A stretch of 64,000 nt of DNA, from positions 188,668,001-188,732,000 of the forward strand of contig NC_086097.1 of the NCBI RefSeq assembly GCF_963921235.1, read 5' to 3'. Source of the stretch: Mobula hypostoma (lineage: Eukaryota). Of the stretch, positions 13,181 through 25,817 are shown piece after piece. Both the position numbers and the translations under genes were made by a program. Under the pieces are notes generated by a model, which saw nothing but the letters and a program-made list of their open reading frames with translations, was not told the DNA's origin and did no database searches. The first letter of the stretch is position 1. Every line of letters starts with the position of its first letter.

Positions 13181-14781
13181 CACACACACACACAAACAAA
13201 AGTTTGGGCACCCACGGTCAAAATTTCTGTTACTATGAATAGCTAAGCGAGTAAAAGATTACCTGATTTCCAAAAGGCATAAAGTCAAAGATGACACATT
13301 TCTTTAATATTTTAAGCAAGATTACTTTTTTATTTCCATCTTTTAGTTTCAAAATAACAAAAAAGGAAAAGGGCCCAAAGCAAAAGTTTGGGCATCCTGC
13401 ATGGTCAGTACTTTAGTAACACCCCCTTTGGCAAATATCACAGCTTGTAAATGCTTTCTGTAGCCAGCTAAGAGTCTTTCAATTCTTGTTTGGGGGATTT
13501 TCACCCATTCTTCCTTGCAAAAGGCTTCTAGTTCTGTGAGATTCTTGGGCCATCTGGCATGCACTGCTCTTTTGAGGTCTACCCACAGATTTTCGATGAT
13601 GTTTAGGTCAGGGGACTGACTGTGAGGGCCTCAGCTTGCGCCTCTTGAGGTAGTCCATTGTGGATTTTGAGGTGTGTTTAGGATCATTATCCTGTTGTAG
13701 AAGCCATCCTCTTTTCATCTTCAGCTTTTTTTTACAGACGGTGTGATGCTTACTTCCAGAATTTGCTGGTATTTAATTGAATTCATTCTTCTCTCTACTT
13801 GTGAAATGTTCCCCATGCCATTGGCTGCAACACAAGCCCAAAGCATGATCGATCCGCCCCCATGCTTAACAGTTGGAGAGGGGTTCTTTTCATGAATTCC
13901 TGCACCCTTTTTCCTGCAAACATACCTTTGCTCATTAACTTCATCAGACCACAGGACTTGTTTCCAAAATGCATCAGGCTTGTTTAAATGTTCTTTTGCC
14001 AAACTTCTGATGCTAAATTTTGTGGTGAGGATGCAGACAAGGTTTTCTTCTGATGACTCTTCCATGAAGGTCATATTTGTGAAGGTGTCACTGCACTGTA
14101 GAACAGTGCACCACCACTCCAGAGTCTGCTAAATCTTCCTGAAGGTCTTTTGCAGTCAAACGGGGGTATTGATTTCCCTTTCTAGCAATCTTATGAGCAG
14201 TTCTCTCGGAAAGTTTTCATGGTCTTCTGGACCTCAACTTGACCTCCACAGTTCCAGTAACTGCCATTTCTTTATTACGTTACAAACTGAGGAAACAGCA
14301 ACCTGAAAACGCTTTGCTATCTTCTTATAGCCTTCTCCTGCTTTGTGGGCATCATTTATTTTAATTTTCAGAGTGCTAGGCAGCAGCTTAAAGGAGCCCA
14401 TGGCTGCTGATTGTTGGGACAAGAATTGAGGAGTCAGGATATTTATAAAGCTTTGAAATTTGCATCACCTGGCCTTTCCTAACAATGACTGTGAACAAGC
14501 CATAGCCTTAACAAGCCAATTAAGGTCTGAGACCTTGGTAAAAGTTATCTGAGAGCTCAAATCTCTTGGGTTGCCCAAACCTTTGCATGGTGCTCCTTTC
14601 CTTTTTTTCCACTCTAAAATTGTACAAAACAAGAATAATACACTAATCTTGCTTAAAATGCTGAAAAGAATGTTTCACCTTTAACTTTATGACTTTTGGA
14701 GATCAGTTCATCTTCTACTCACTTAACTATTCACAGTAACAGAAATTTTGACCGGGGTGCCCAAACTTTTGCATGCCACTG
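13181..14781 (-). mobile_element. Tc1-like transposon 2 (IR/DR type, dead transposase)
   Basis: [55 protein letters not shown]; caaaagtttgggca repeated twice per TIR; ends ccactg-TA. Confidence 0.92.
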
Positions 14782-14906
14782 TATATAACAAAAAAAAATT
14801 TCGAAAAATTATGACTTGATAACCAAACTTAAACCCTAAAATTCAGAGACTTCATATTGTTTTAATCCTACTTCCAATACACTCAACAGCCTAATTAATT
14901 TAAGAG

Positions 14907-15611
14907 CAGTAGATTAAGGTTAATCGGGACCAGTAAACTTTGACCCAATTAAGCAGCTGCCCCAGTTAGCCAAAGTTCCATGGAAATAGTAATAGTAATA
15001 GTCAAGGAAATAGTGGAAGTACACATTATGTATTTAAATAAAATACAGAACAAATTAGAACACTACCAATACTACTACAGTACTATAAATCTGTGTATTA
15101 GTCCTAATAGTTATTGATGGAGGAATTTATTGGATGCATGCTGCCGTATTCTTTTGATTGACTGTAAATGAAAAAAAAATTGGCATAGACACTGGACTGC
15201 TTTTATTCAATGCTTTTGATGATTGCATTCTCCAAGTCTTTCTTTTGATTGTAACATTCAAGATGATTGTCATTACCTTCAAATTCTTCATAGATCCTTA
15301 CTAGTTGAAGTAATGAAATTGTTTCATTTTCATTCCCGGCCATTTCTGGCATCTCCAAACCTGAATACTTGAAACCGCGATAAGCAAAACAGTTCTGAAT
15401 TGTCTTACTGCTTATTTCTCACCAACTATCAGTGACAAAAATCACTGTTTTTTGACCACAAATACAACAAGTACCTACTTAAGCAGCAGAGTCTCCCTAA
15501 CAAATGAAGGAAATCCCAGCAATTTTCTCAACTCATTTTTGTTCGTTAAAAGTTGTCTCAAATAAGCAGCTGCCCCAATTAACTGATGGCCCAATTAACT
15601 GGAATCCATTG
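14907..15611 (-). mobile_element. Tigger/pogo-like MITE, copy B (inverted relative to copy A)
   Basis: TIRs cagtagattaaggttaatcgggac / cccaattaactggaatccattg; interior is the reverse complement of 9808-10571. Confidence 0.8.
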
Positions 15612-15772
15612 TCTTAAAAAAAATCTGTAGATGCTTGAAATATGTTTGTTGCAGATACCATAGGCCCGAAGACCTGTTCTCGTCCTGTACTGTTCTATGT
15701 GAATGACATGTCACTGAACATAGGTGGCAACATTCTTTATCTTGTTAAAAGTCTAACATACTATTTAATATA

Positions 15773-16951
15773 CACTCAGTGGCCATTTCATTAGGTACAT
15801 CTGTACACCTGCTCGTTCAAGGTTAATTGTCATGGATACCCATGAATACAGCCAAACAGAACAGCATTACTCCAAGGCTAATATGCATTCATAGAAAGCA
15901 CAAGGCACATATAGCACATGTAAGATAGGAGTAAAATACAGTCACAGAAAAGAAAATCTAGCCCAATTGCCTTAGTCACAGCACTCTGCAGTTGAACACA
16001 ATATGGCTCATCTTCTGCCAGGAAAACACTGAGGCAGCACTGACTCCAGCATGAGCGGCGCACACCGCCTCCAGCATTCTGGTGGAGTGCACCGACTCTT
16101 CTTGCTCACCTGGGTGGCTGTTAACAACAGGCACACCGTGGCTTGAAGCCTCATCCCTACTACGGCTGAGGCCAGCAGTTCCCCTGTCGTCTGCCAACAA
16201 ACCAGTCAAACAGACTTGCAGCATTCCACACCAACATCAACAATGTCTAACAGGGTCTTACGATCACAAGAAAAGCAACTATGATGATCATTCGCTCTGA
16301 GACTGCACAGACTTTTGTGCACTCACTCTGACACCTCTCTGATACAGGCAGCATCAGGATCCTCACCAAGTCCAGTTCCTTCAGTTTTTCCACCAACAAG
16401 CCACTCGCTGATAGGGTAGACCTGCAGTACTTTCAAGTTCATAATGTGCAGCTGGGTCTTACAACCATAAAAAATATATTTAAAATGCAAATATCTAATC
16501 AGTCGATCTTGTGGCAGTAATTCAATGCAAAAAAGCATGCAGACACAGTCAAGAAGTTCAGTGCAGTTCAAACCGAACATCAGAATGGGGAAGAAGTTTG
16601 ATCTAAGTGACTTTGATTGTGGAATGGTTGCTGGGATTTTCACGCACTTTCTCTAGAATTTATAGAGAACAGTGCAAAAACCAAAAACATTAAGTGAGCT
16701 GCAATTCTATGGGCATAAATGCTTTGGTAATGAGAAAGGTCAGAGAAAAATGGCCAGGCTGGTTCAAGTTAACAGGAAGGCAAAACTCAAATAACTACAC
16801 ATTACAACAGTGGTGCACAGAAGAACACCTCTGAACGCAGAACTCATAAAACCTTGAAGTGGATAGGCTACAGAAGCAGAAGATCATGAACATGCACTCA
16901 GTGGCCACTTTATTAGATACAGAAAGCATCTAATAAAGTAGCCACTGAGTG
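15773..16951 (+). mobile_element. Non-autonomous Tc1 derivative with an unrelated insert at ~15817-16480
   Basis: TA-cactcagtggcca...gccactgagtg-TA; transposase N-terminus MGKKFDLSDFDCGMVAG..GQRKMARLVQ..TLKWIGY. Confidence 0.82.
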
Positions 16952-17127
16952 TATCTCTTTCAATATATATCTGGAATCATATGCTTTTTAATGAGGTATA
17001 TAGCATTCTAAGACATTTGTATCATAGTATCTCCAATTTATTAACAAACACACTGAATAATAGACTTGGTACATTCCATTTCCTAAAGAGTTAAGCATAA
17101 TCTTTTCAAAATTGATAATAAACATAC

Positions 17128-17182
17128 CCCAGCCCGGTGGTAAAGGACCAAGTGGATCATTTTCTGCTGATAACATTGAAGC
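17128..17182 (-). CDS. WWP1: WWP1 coding exon 10 (2,3-linker to start of WW3)
   Basis: ASMLSAENDPLGPLPPGW; 55 nt; acag / gtatgt. Confidence 0.96.
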
Positions 17183-17498
17183 CTGTTGAATAGAATTAAT
17201 TAACTTAGTCCTTAGAATGAAACAGCGTATTATAATATATAAAATGAAGCATCAGTAACTGCCCATTCAAATACTTAGATTTTTTTCAGCCTAAAGTTGC
17301 TCTGTAGCCATTTACTATGACTGATGTAAAAGAAATCTATACTAGCCACCCTGCTTAGAAATTGTATAATACAATTCATTGCATTATTGGAAATAGATGT
17401 AAATTTGACTTTTTATAACAAACACAAGTGTAATTATCATGGATGATACTACAGCATACAATAAATTAGCAGCAAATTCTACCACTAGATGCAGATTA

Positions 17499-17732
<234 letters not shown>

Positions 17733-17767
17733 TCAGACTCTCACAAACAGGTTCATGCAACTGTCTA

Positions 17768-17899
<132 letters not shown>

Positions 17900-18434
17900 T
17901 TAGAAAAAGTTTTATTCAATTAGTTATTAATATGCATAAAGTACATAGGAGCTAAAAAGGGAGTGAAGTCTGTTTTGTAAACAGAATTTAAAATAAATAA
18001 ATAGCTTTTTGTTTTAAATAGAGGATTGTACAATAAAGTAAGTTAGGCTTTTTTTATGTTACCAAATCCCACAATAAGAGCAAATTTTATTTTAAATCTA
18101 TTTTAAATTTCCTCCTTCCTATTTTGAGATCCCCTGCACTAGGATTAGCTAAACTGATGTCAGGTAGTTTACCCCAATGTTCCTGTCAGCTTATTAAAAG
18201 GACAATAAAATAAAAAACAGATGGGAGCTTTGTGTACCTCAGTTGAAATAAAAATAGAAAATACTGAAAACATCAGGTAACATACATGTTAAGTGAACCA
18301 GCTGTAATGTTTCTCTTGCTCACTTTCCACAGATACTTCCTTGCTACTAAATGTATTCTGCATTTTTGGATATTATTTCTGATTTCTGACAGGTGCATCA
18401 GGATCCAGCTCATCACTTTTACCTTTTCTGCACT

Positions 18435-18825
18435 TGTTCAAAGTTAAAAATAGATTTGTTATCAAAGTACATATATGTCACAATATACAACCCTGAGATT
18501 CATTTTCTGGTGGGCATACATGGTAAATCCAAGAAACACAATGCAATTAATGAAAGAGAAAAAATAAACATGAAAATAATAAATAAATAAGCAATAAATA
18601 TCCAGAACATCAGAGGAAGAGTCCTTGAAAGTGAGTCCATACATTGTGGGAACAGTTCAGTGATGGGACAACTGAAGTTCAGTGAGGTTATCTGGTTCAA
18701 GGGACTGATGGTTGAGGAGTAATAACTGTTCCTGAGCCTGGTGCTGTGAGTCCTGAGGCTCCCGTGCCTTCTTCCTGATGGCGGCAACGAGAACAAAGCC
18801 TGCGTGGTTGGGGTCCTTGATGATG
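18435..18825 (-). mobile_element. Rex/Babar-type LINE 3' end
   Basis: ALFSLPPSGRRHGSLRTHSTRLRNSYY plus AT-rich UTR. Confidence 0.7.
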
Positions 18826-19141
18826 TTTCACACTTGTATTGTGAAACAATCACAAGCAGTTTCAACCTCTACCACTTCAATTTCCTCCTTTCATTTCTTC
18901 ACCCCATACACAAGGTATATGTTGGTCACGTAACCCACACCCAATATTCCCTTAAAATTTTATATTCTTTCTGTATCCACCTACTGAAAAATAACTCTTG
19001 GCTTATTTAAAACTACATTTTTTACCCTATAATGCTATTTATCACAAATCCATTCTCCCAGAATCCATCATCGCTATCTCCTCCATTTCCTGGAACAAAG
19101 ATACGGATGTTGTTTAACTTGTTAAGTGCAACCAGCATTTT

Positions 19142-22086
19142 TTGTGTAGCCATTGGGATGAGTTGCAGTGCAATAAAGTTGCAGTGAAATCAAAGCAAAA
19201 AGTATCAAATACTGGTCTTAAGCTGTTGTACTTAAATGCACGCAGCATAAGAAATAAGGTGGATGATCTTGTTGTACAGCTACAGATTGGCAGGTATGAT
19301 ATTGTGGCCATCACTGAGACCTGGCTAAAGGATGCATGTCTCTGGGAGCTGAATGTCCAAGGATACACAGTGTATCGGAAGGATAGGAAGGTAGGCAGAG
19401 GGGGAGGCGTGGCTTTATTGGTAAGAAGTGATATTAAATCATTAGAAAGAGGTGGTATAGGATCGGAAGGTGCAGAATCTTTATGGGTTGAGCTAAGAAA
19501 TAGCAGGGGTAAAAGGACCCCGATGGCAGTTATTTATAGGCCTCCAAACAGCTGCAGGGATGTGGACTACAAATTACAACTGGAAATAGAAAAGGCTTGC
19601 CAGAAGGTCAGTGTTATGATAATTGTGGGGGATTTTAACATGCGAGTAGACTGGAAAAATCAGGTCGGCACTGGATCTCAAGAGAGAGAATTTGTAGAAT
19701 GTCTGCGAGATGGCTTTTTAGAACAGCTTGTTGTTGAGCCCACTTGGATTGGGTATTGTGTAATTAACCGGAGGTGATTGGAGAGATTGAGGTGAAGGAA
19801 CCCTTAGGAGGCAGTGATCATAACATGATTGAGTTCACTGTGAAATTTGAAAAAGAGAAGCCGAAATCTGATGTGTCGGTGTTTCAGTGGAGTAAAGGAA
19901 ACTACAGTGGCATGAGAGAGGAACTGGCCAAAGTTGACTGGAAAGAGACTCTGGCCGGAAAGACAGCAGAGCAGCAGTGGCTGGAGTTTATGCAAGAAAT
20001 GAGGAATGTGCAAGACAGGTATATTCCAAAAAAGAAGAAATTTTTGAGTGGAAAACGGATGCAACCGTGGTTGATAAGAGAAGTCAAAGCCAAAGTTAAA
20101 GCTAAGGAGAGGGCACACAAGGAAGCAAAAATTAGTGGGAAGACAGAGGATTGGGAAGTCTTTAAAACCTTACAAAAGGAAACCAAGAAGGTCATTAAGG
20201 GAGAAAAGATTAACTATGAAAGGAAACTAGCAAATAATATCAAAGAGGATACTAAAAGCTTTTTCAAGTATATAAAGAGTAAAAGACAGCTGAGAGTAGA
20301 TATAGGACCGATAGAAAATGATACTGGAGAAATTGTAATGGGAGATGAGGAGATGGCAGAGGAACTGAACAAGCATTTTGCATCAGTCTTCACTGAGAAA
20401 GACAGCAGGATACTGGACACTCAAGGGTGTCAGGGAAGAGAAGTGTGCGCAGTCACAATTACGACAGAGAAAGTACTCAGGAAGCTGAATAGTCTAAAGG
20501 TAGATAAATCTCCTGGACCAGATGGAATGCACCCTCGTGTTCTGAAGGAAGTAGCTGTGGAGATTGCGGAGGCATTAGCGGTGATCTTTCAAAAGTCGAT
20601 AGATTCTGGCATGGTTCCGGAAGACTGGAAGATTGCAAATGTCACTCCGCTATTTAAGAAGGGGGCAAGGAAGCAAAAAGGAAATTATAGACCTGTTAGC
20701 TTGACGTCGGTGGTTGGGAAGTTGTTGGAGTCGATTGTCAAGGATGAGGTTACAGAGTACCTGGAGGCATATGACAAGATAGGCAGAACTCAGCATGGAT
20801 TCCTTAAAGGAAAATCTTGCCTGACAAACCTATTACAATTTTTTGAGGAAATTACCAGTAGGCTAGACAAGGGAAATGCAGTGGATGTTGTATATTTGGA
20901 TTTTCAGAAGGTCTGTGACAAGGTGCCACACATGAGGCTGCTTAACAAGACAAGAGCCCATGGATTTACAGGAAAGTTACATACGTGGATAGAGCGTTGG
21001 CTGATTGGCAGGAAACAGAGAGTGGGAATAAAGGGATCCTATTCTGGTTGGCTGCCGGTTACCAGTGGTGTTCCGCAGGGATCAGTGTTGGGGCCGCTTC
21101 TTTTTACATTGTACATCAACAATTTGGATTATGGAACAGATGGCTTTGTGGCTAAGTTTGCTGACGATACGAAGATAAGTGGAGGGGCCGGTAGTGCTGA
21201 GGAAACGGAGAGTCTGCAGAGAGACTTGGATAGATTGGAAGAATGGGCAGAGAAGTGGCAAATGAAGTACAATGTTGATAAGTGTATGGTTATGCACTTT
21301 GGCAGAAAAAATAAACGGGCAGACTATTATTTAAATGGGGAAAGAATTCAAAGTTCTGAGATGCAACGGGACTTGGGAGTTCTTGTACAGGATTCCCTTA
21401 AAGTTAACCTCCAGGTTGAGTCGGTAGTGAAGAAGGTGAATGCAATGTTGGCATTCATTTCTAGAGGAATAGAGTATAGGAGCAGGGATGTGATGTTGAG
21501 GCTCTATAAGGCGCTGGTGAGACCTCACTTGGAGTACTGTGGGCAGTTTTGGTCTCCTTATTAAAGAAAGGATGTGCTGACGTTGGGGAGGGTACAGAGA
21601 AGATTCACTAGAATGATTCCGGGAATGAGAGGGTTAACATATGAGGAACGTTTGTCCGCTCTTGGACTGTATTCCTTGGAGTTTAGAAGAATGAGGGGAG
21701 ACCTCATAGAAACATTTCGAATGTTAAAAGGCATGGACAGAGTGGATGTCGCAAAGTTGTTTCCCATGATGGGGGAGTCTAGTACGAGAGGGCATGACTT
21801 CAGGATTGAAGGGCGCCCTTTCAGAACAGAAATGCGAAAAAAATTTTTTAGTCAGAGGGTGGTGAATCTATGGAATTTGTTGCCACGGGTAGCAGTGGAG
21901 GCCAAGTCATTGGGTGTATTTAAGGCAGAGATCGATAGGTATCTGATTAGCCAGGGCATCAAAGGTTATGGTGAGAAGGCGGGGCAGTGGGACTAAATAG
22001 GATAAAATGGATCAGCTCATGATAAAATGGCGGAGCAGACTCGATGGGCCGAATGGCCTACTTCTGCTCCTTTGTCTTATGGTCTT
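19142..22086 (+). mobile_element. Young CR1 LINE with near-complete ORF2 (APE endonuclease + RT)
   Basis: [51 protein letters not shown]; one frameshift (~19745) and one stop (21562-21564); ORF ends at 21996; 3' UTR present. Confidence 0.96.
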
Positions 22087-23106
22087 TTTTCTGTTTTTGA
22101 AACAGCCCATTCCCAGCTTTTCAGATCAACTGTTGATGAAACCATAATGCATGATTCTTATGCCCTAGCTTGCTGTTTATCCACAAATAAGCTATAACAG
22201 CTTCTAGTCAAACAGCCACTTGATCTTAAATTCCTCATCAATTGTTTCCATAAGTTCTTTCTTGATCATGTCCTTTTCCATGTCTCTCATCTCCTGCAGC
22301 CCAACAACCACCTAGAATATCTATGCAACTCCAATTATGGTTTTTCAAATTTCCCCAAATTTAATTGTTCTGCATTTGGGAGGTCTGTTTTTGGCTTCCA
22401 GGTTCTCAGCTCCAGAATTCCATCACTAAACAACTCAATCACCCCAACTCAATTTTCTCCATCGATGTTTAAAAAAAAGTCTGCTGAACCATCTTTCCTA
22501 ATAACGCTTCACAAGCTTGTTGCCAGCTTATGTATGGAAATATTCCAATTAAATTTGTTGACACATTTTACTACATTGAAGATGAAAGAAATTAATTTAC
22601 TTTAATTTCATCCCTATTCTTTGGACACGCTATGTGGCCATTATTCAATAACCATAAAATTAAGATCAAGGACACGAGGTCAAATTCACAATTTTAAACA
22701 CTGATCTTTGATTTAACATTAGAAGTACAATTGCCCTACATTTATTCATTGCCTTCAACACATTAAAGTATCCCACCTGTTTCTATTATGGGAGGAGATA
22801 GGTACTTTGGAAAATAATTAAAGTAGTCCATGTATAAATAACATATAGTATTGTTGTAAACAGTAAAAGGTAGTCAAAATGTATCAGACTTCAATGAAGT
22901 TGCATAAATTACTGTAAATATATTGTGATTATATCATTTAATTGAAAACAATTTCATAAAGCTTTAAGTTCAGCATGCAACCTACCATGTGAACAGGTTG
23001 CACACTCAGAAGATTTCACTTTTAATTTTTTGCATTTTTTGAGCTTATCCAATTCAATCAAGCTGTATTTCACATTCTTCATTACAGAGCTTCTAAATTT
23101 GAATTA

Positions 23107-24436
23107 CACCCTATCCTCGTTATATGCATCTTCAGACTATGCGGATTCACAGTTATGCGAGGAACCTATTTCTACCAACGTCGCGTTATATGTGTCCAAA
23201 ATTCACAGTTATGCGAGGAACACTGCTTTCCCGCCAATACAAGTCACGTGCGTGCACCTCACAGTCTCACTGTTGGGATGAGAAGCACCACTTTCCCGCC
23301 AACATATGTCAGGTGCGCGCGCCTCACAGTCTCTCTCCCGCCACTCTCGCATTGGTTTTGGCAAGGTGTGGATGCGCGATCTTAAACTTTTGTTGGTTTT
23401 AGCTACGGTGCAGTGATTTTGTGCTTGAAATATTTAATTATGCCTCCTAAGCGTCCGATGTCATGTCTTGGGCCGTCAGTCGAGCGGCAGAGAACCGCTT
23501 TAATACTTGAAAAAAAGTTGGAAATTATAAACAGTGCGGCATCAGCTGAAGGTAACACAGCTCTGGGATGCTACTGTCGGGAACAGAATCTTGCCTTTAA
23601 AGTTCTTTTGTTGCTTGACAATGCGCCAGCCCATCCTAAACATTTGGACAGCATTCATCCTATCATAACAGTGTGTTTCCCGCCGCCTAACACAACATCG
23701 CTGATTTAACCACTCGACTGTTGTGATCCACATTCAAGGCGTACGTTTTTTTTACGGCGAACCCTCTCTCAGATGCTGCAAGCAACAGACGATTTTGAAA
23801 ATCTCGGGAGTTTACCAACGGTGAGTGAATGGTGGAAGTCGGAACACTTGGCACAAATGGCGATGGACATGGACCCAAGTTTAGAACGGAGTCAGCATTT
23901 CCCTGCTGTCAACCCTTCTTCCCTACAAGCAAATTTATGCTGAAAAACAAAATGCTGCCAAGCAAACAACCCACACCACTTTATGCAAATTGCTGTAACC
24001 TTCTGCTGCCGGCAGTTCTAAGAGCTCTGTGAGTCTTCCTTCACCCCTTGCTGTGCTTGATATTATCCTGACGACCACAACCATCTACCTTATCCGTGTA
24101 AAGCCGCCCGACACCACAACAGCCACTCATCTCCTGGAGCACACACCCCTGCCACTGTTGGTGAGTACTGTACACCAGAGGATGTTAACTTCCTATGATT
24201 TATTACATTGAATATTACCTTAAATTGATTAAATATAATACAAATGTTGTCTTGTAGTACAGCTTTTGTGTCATATTGGTATAAAAATGTGAATAAATTA
24301 CAGATAAAACATATTTAGGAAGCCCTCTGGAACGCATCCCTATTTTCTCCATTTAAATAATCATTCACATTATGCGATTTCACATAATGCGTCAACTTCG
24401 AGGAAAGTATCCCTCGCATATTACAAGGATAGGGTG
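23107..24436 (+). mobile_element. Internally deleted Tigger/pogo DNA transposon
   Basis: TA-caccctatcctcgttatatgc...gcatattacaaggatagggtg-TA; MPPKRP..LEKKLEII fused to KVLLLLDNAPAHP..PPNTTSLI*PLD. Confidence 0.9.
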
Positions 24437-24901
24437 TACCATTTGATGGGAAGTGCAAATAGCTGGAAACAATGAATACTGAGTATTCAGTCTTCAGATT
24501 CGAAACATATTCTGACAGGAATCATCACTTTAAAGGAGGAATGGAAAAGATAGAGGCAGAAAATCAGAGAAAATCGAAACTGAAAAGCAATGCTTGGGGC
24601 AAAAATCATGCTGCAAAGGTTATAGGCAATCTGTACCCATTGTAAAATTGGAAAAAAATTATTCCTAAAAAGAGCAAATTCATGTTATCTGCAGATATGC
24701 ATTTTTTTCTGTATAGGTTTGTTCATTACACACATTATTTTTAATAATATGAAGGGCACTTTTTAAAGCAATAAATAATTGAAAGGGGTCAAATCAAATT
24801 TACATGGCAAGATATAACATTTAGAAGATTTTTTCCACATTGCTCCTACAACTACACTCCTAGTGCTAATACACGAAGTTGATGCATGTTCTTGTACATA
24901 C

Positions 24902-25328
24902 CCAGCTGGCAGTGGTTCTATGTTAATGCTGTTTGGCTGTTGTCTTACAGGCCCTGCAGATGTGTTTGAAGTTGTGTGTCTAGGTTTTCCACTGTCTACT
25001 CCTGTATTGCTTCTGGCTGCAGTGTCTGTGGCTGTGGCTGCTGAAGGAACATCAGCAGCTGCACCAATGGACGTACTCGGTGATGAAGTTGTGTTAATGC
25101 CTACAGCAGCTGTGGTTGTTTCTGTTGAGCTCGCTGCAGACATAGAAGGTAAAGTTGTACTAGTAGTAGTAATAGTTGTAGTAGTGCAAACAATGGGGGT
25201 TGAAGTCTCTGTGGATTCTGTAATAACTCCACTGCCAGCAGTCACAGTTGCTGTTATTGTTGGTGAAGATGAGGATGATGCTGATGGAGGCGTTAGCGGT
25301 CGTGATGATGATACTGCTTCTCCATTTA
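24902..25328 (-). CDS. WWP1: WWP1 coding exon 7 (Ser/Thr-rich linker up to start of WW1)
   Basis: (V)NGEAVSSSRPLTPPSASSSSPT...GPVRQQPNSINIEPLPA(G); 427 nt open; ttcag / gtatgt. Confidence 0.92.
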
Positions 25329-25817
25329 CTGAAAGAAAATTAGCAAAAATATTTACAAATTAAACAATGACACATGCATAATCCTGAAATAATTGTGGCA
25401 TATTGAAACTTTAAGTTGTGTTAGAATCTGCTGTACATTACTAGCACTAAAGCTGTTTCCGTTCAGCATTTAAAAAATTTTTCTTATTAAATGGGCAAGC
25501 TTACAGTTCATTATGTCACTTAGAATTATTTTTGACAGAGTATTTTGTAGCCACCTAGTTCTTTCTTAACAAATATTTACTTTACAGGCTCCAAAGTACA
25601 AAACAAACACATTTTTCTGTGTACTTATATAATCAGGCACAAATTTCATTTTCAGCAATGCTTAATAAACTCAGCAGCTTGAGACATCATTTGAGGTGGC
25701 AAAGGACACTGGACTGTCTGTGTGTAGCATGCAGATTTTCCGTGACCATATGGATGCATTCCAATCTTTCAGGTTTTCTCCCAAATCCCCAAAGATGTTC
25801 AGTTTCAGTGCTATAAC

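Noticed and set aside
24863..25363. 166-aa plus-strand ORF rich in Val and Ala
   Set aside because: It is the antisense shadow of low-complexity WWP1 exon 7.
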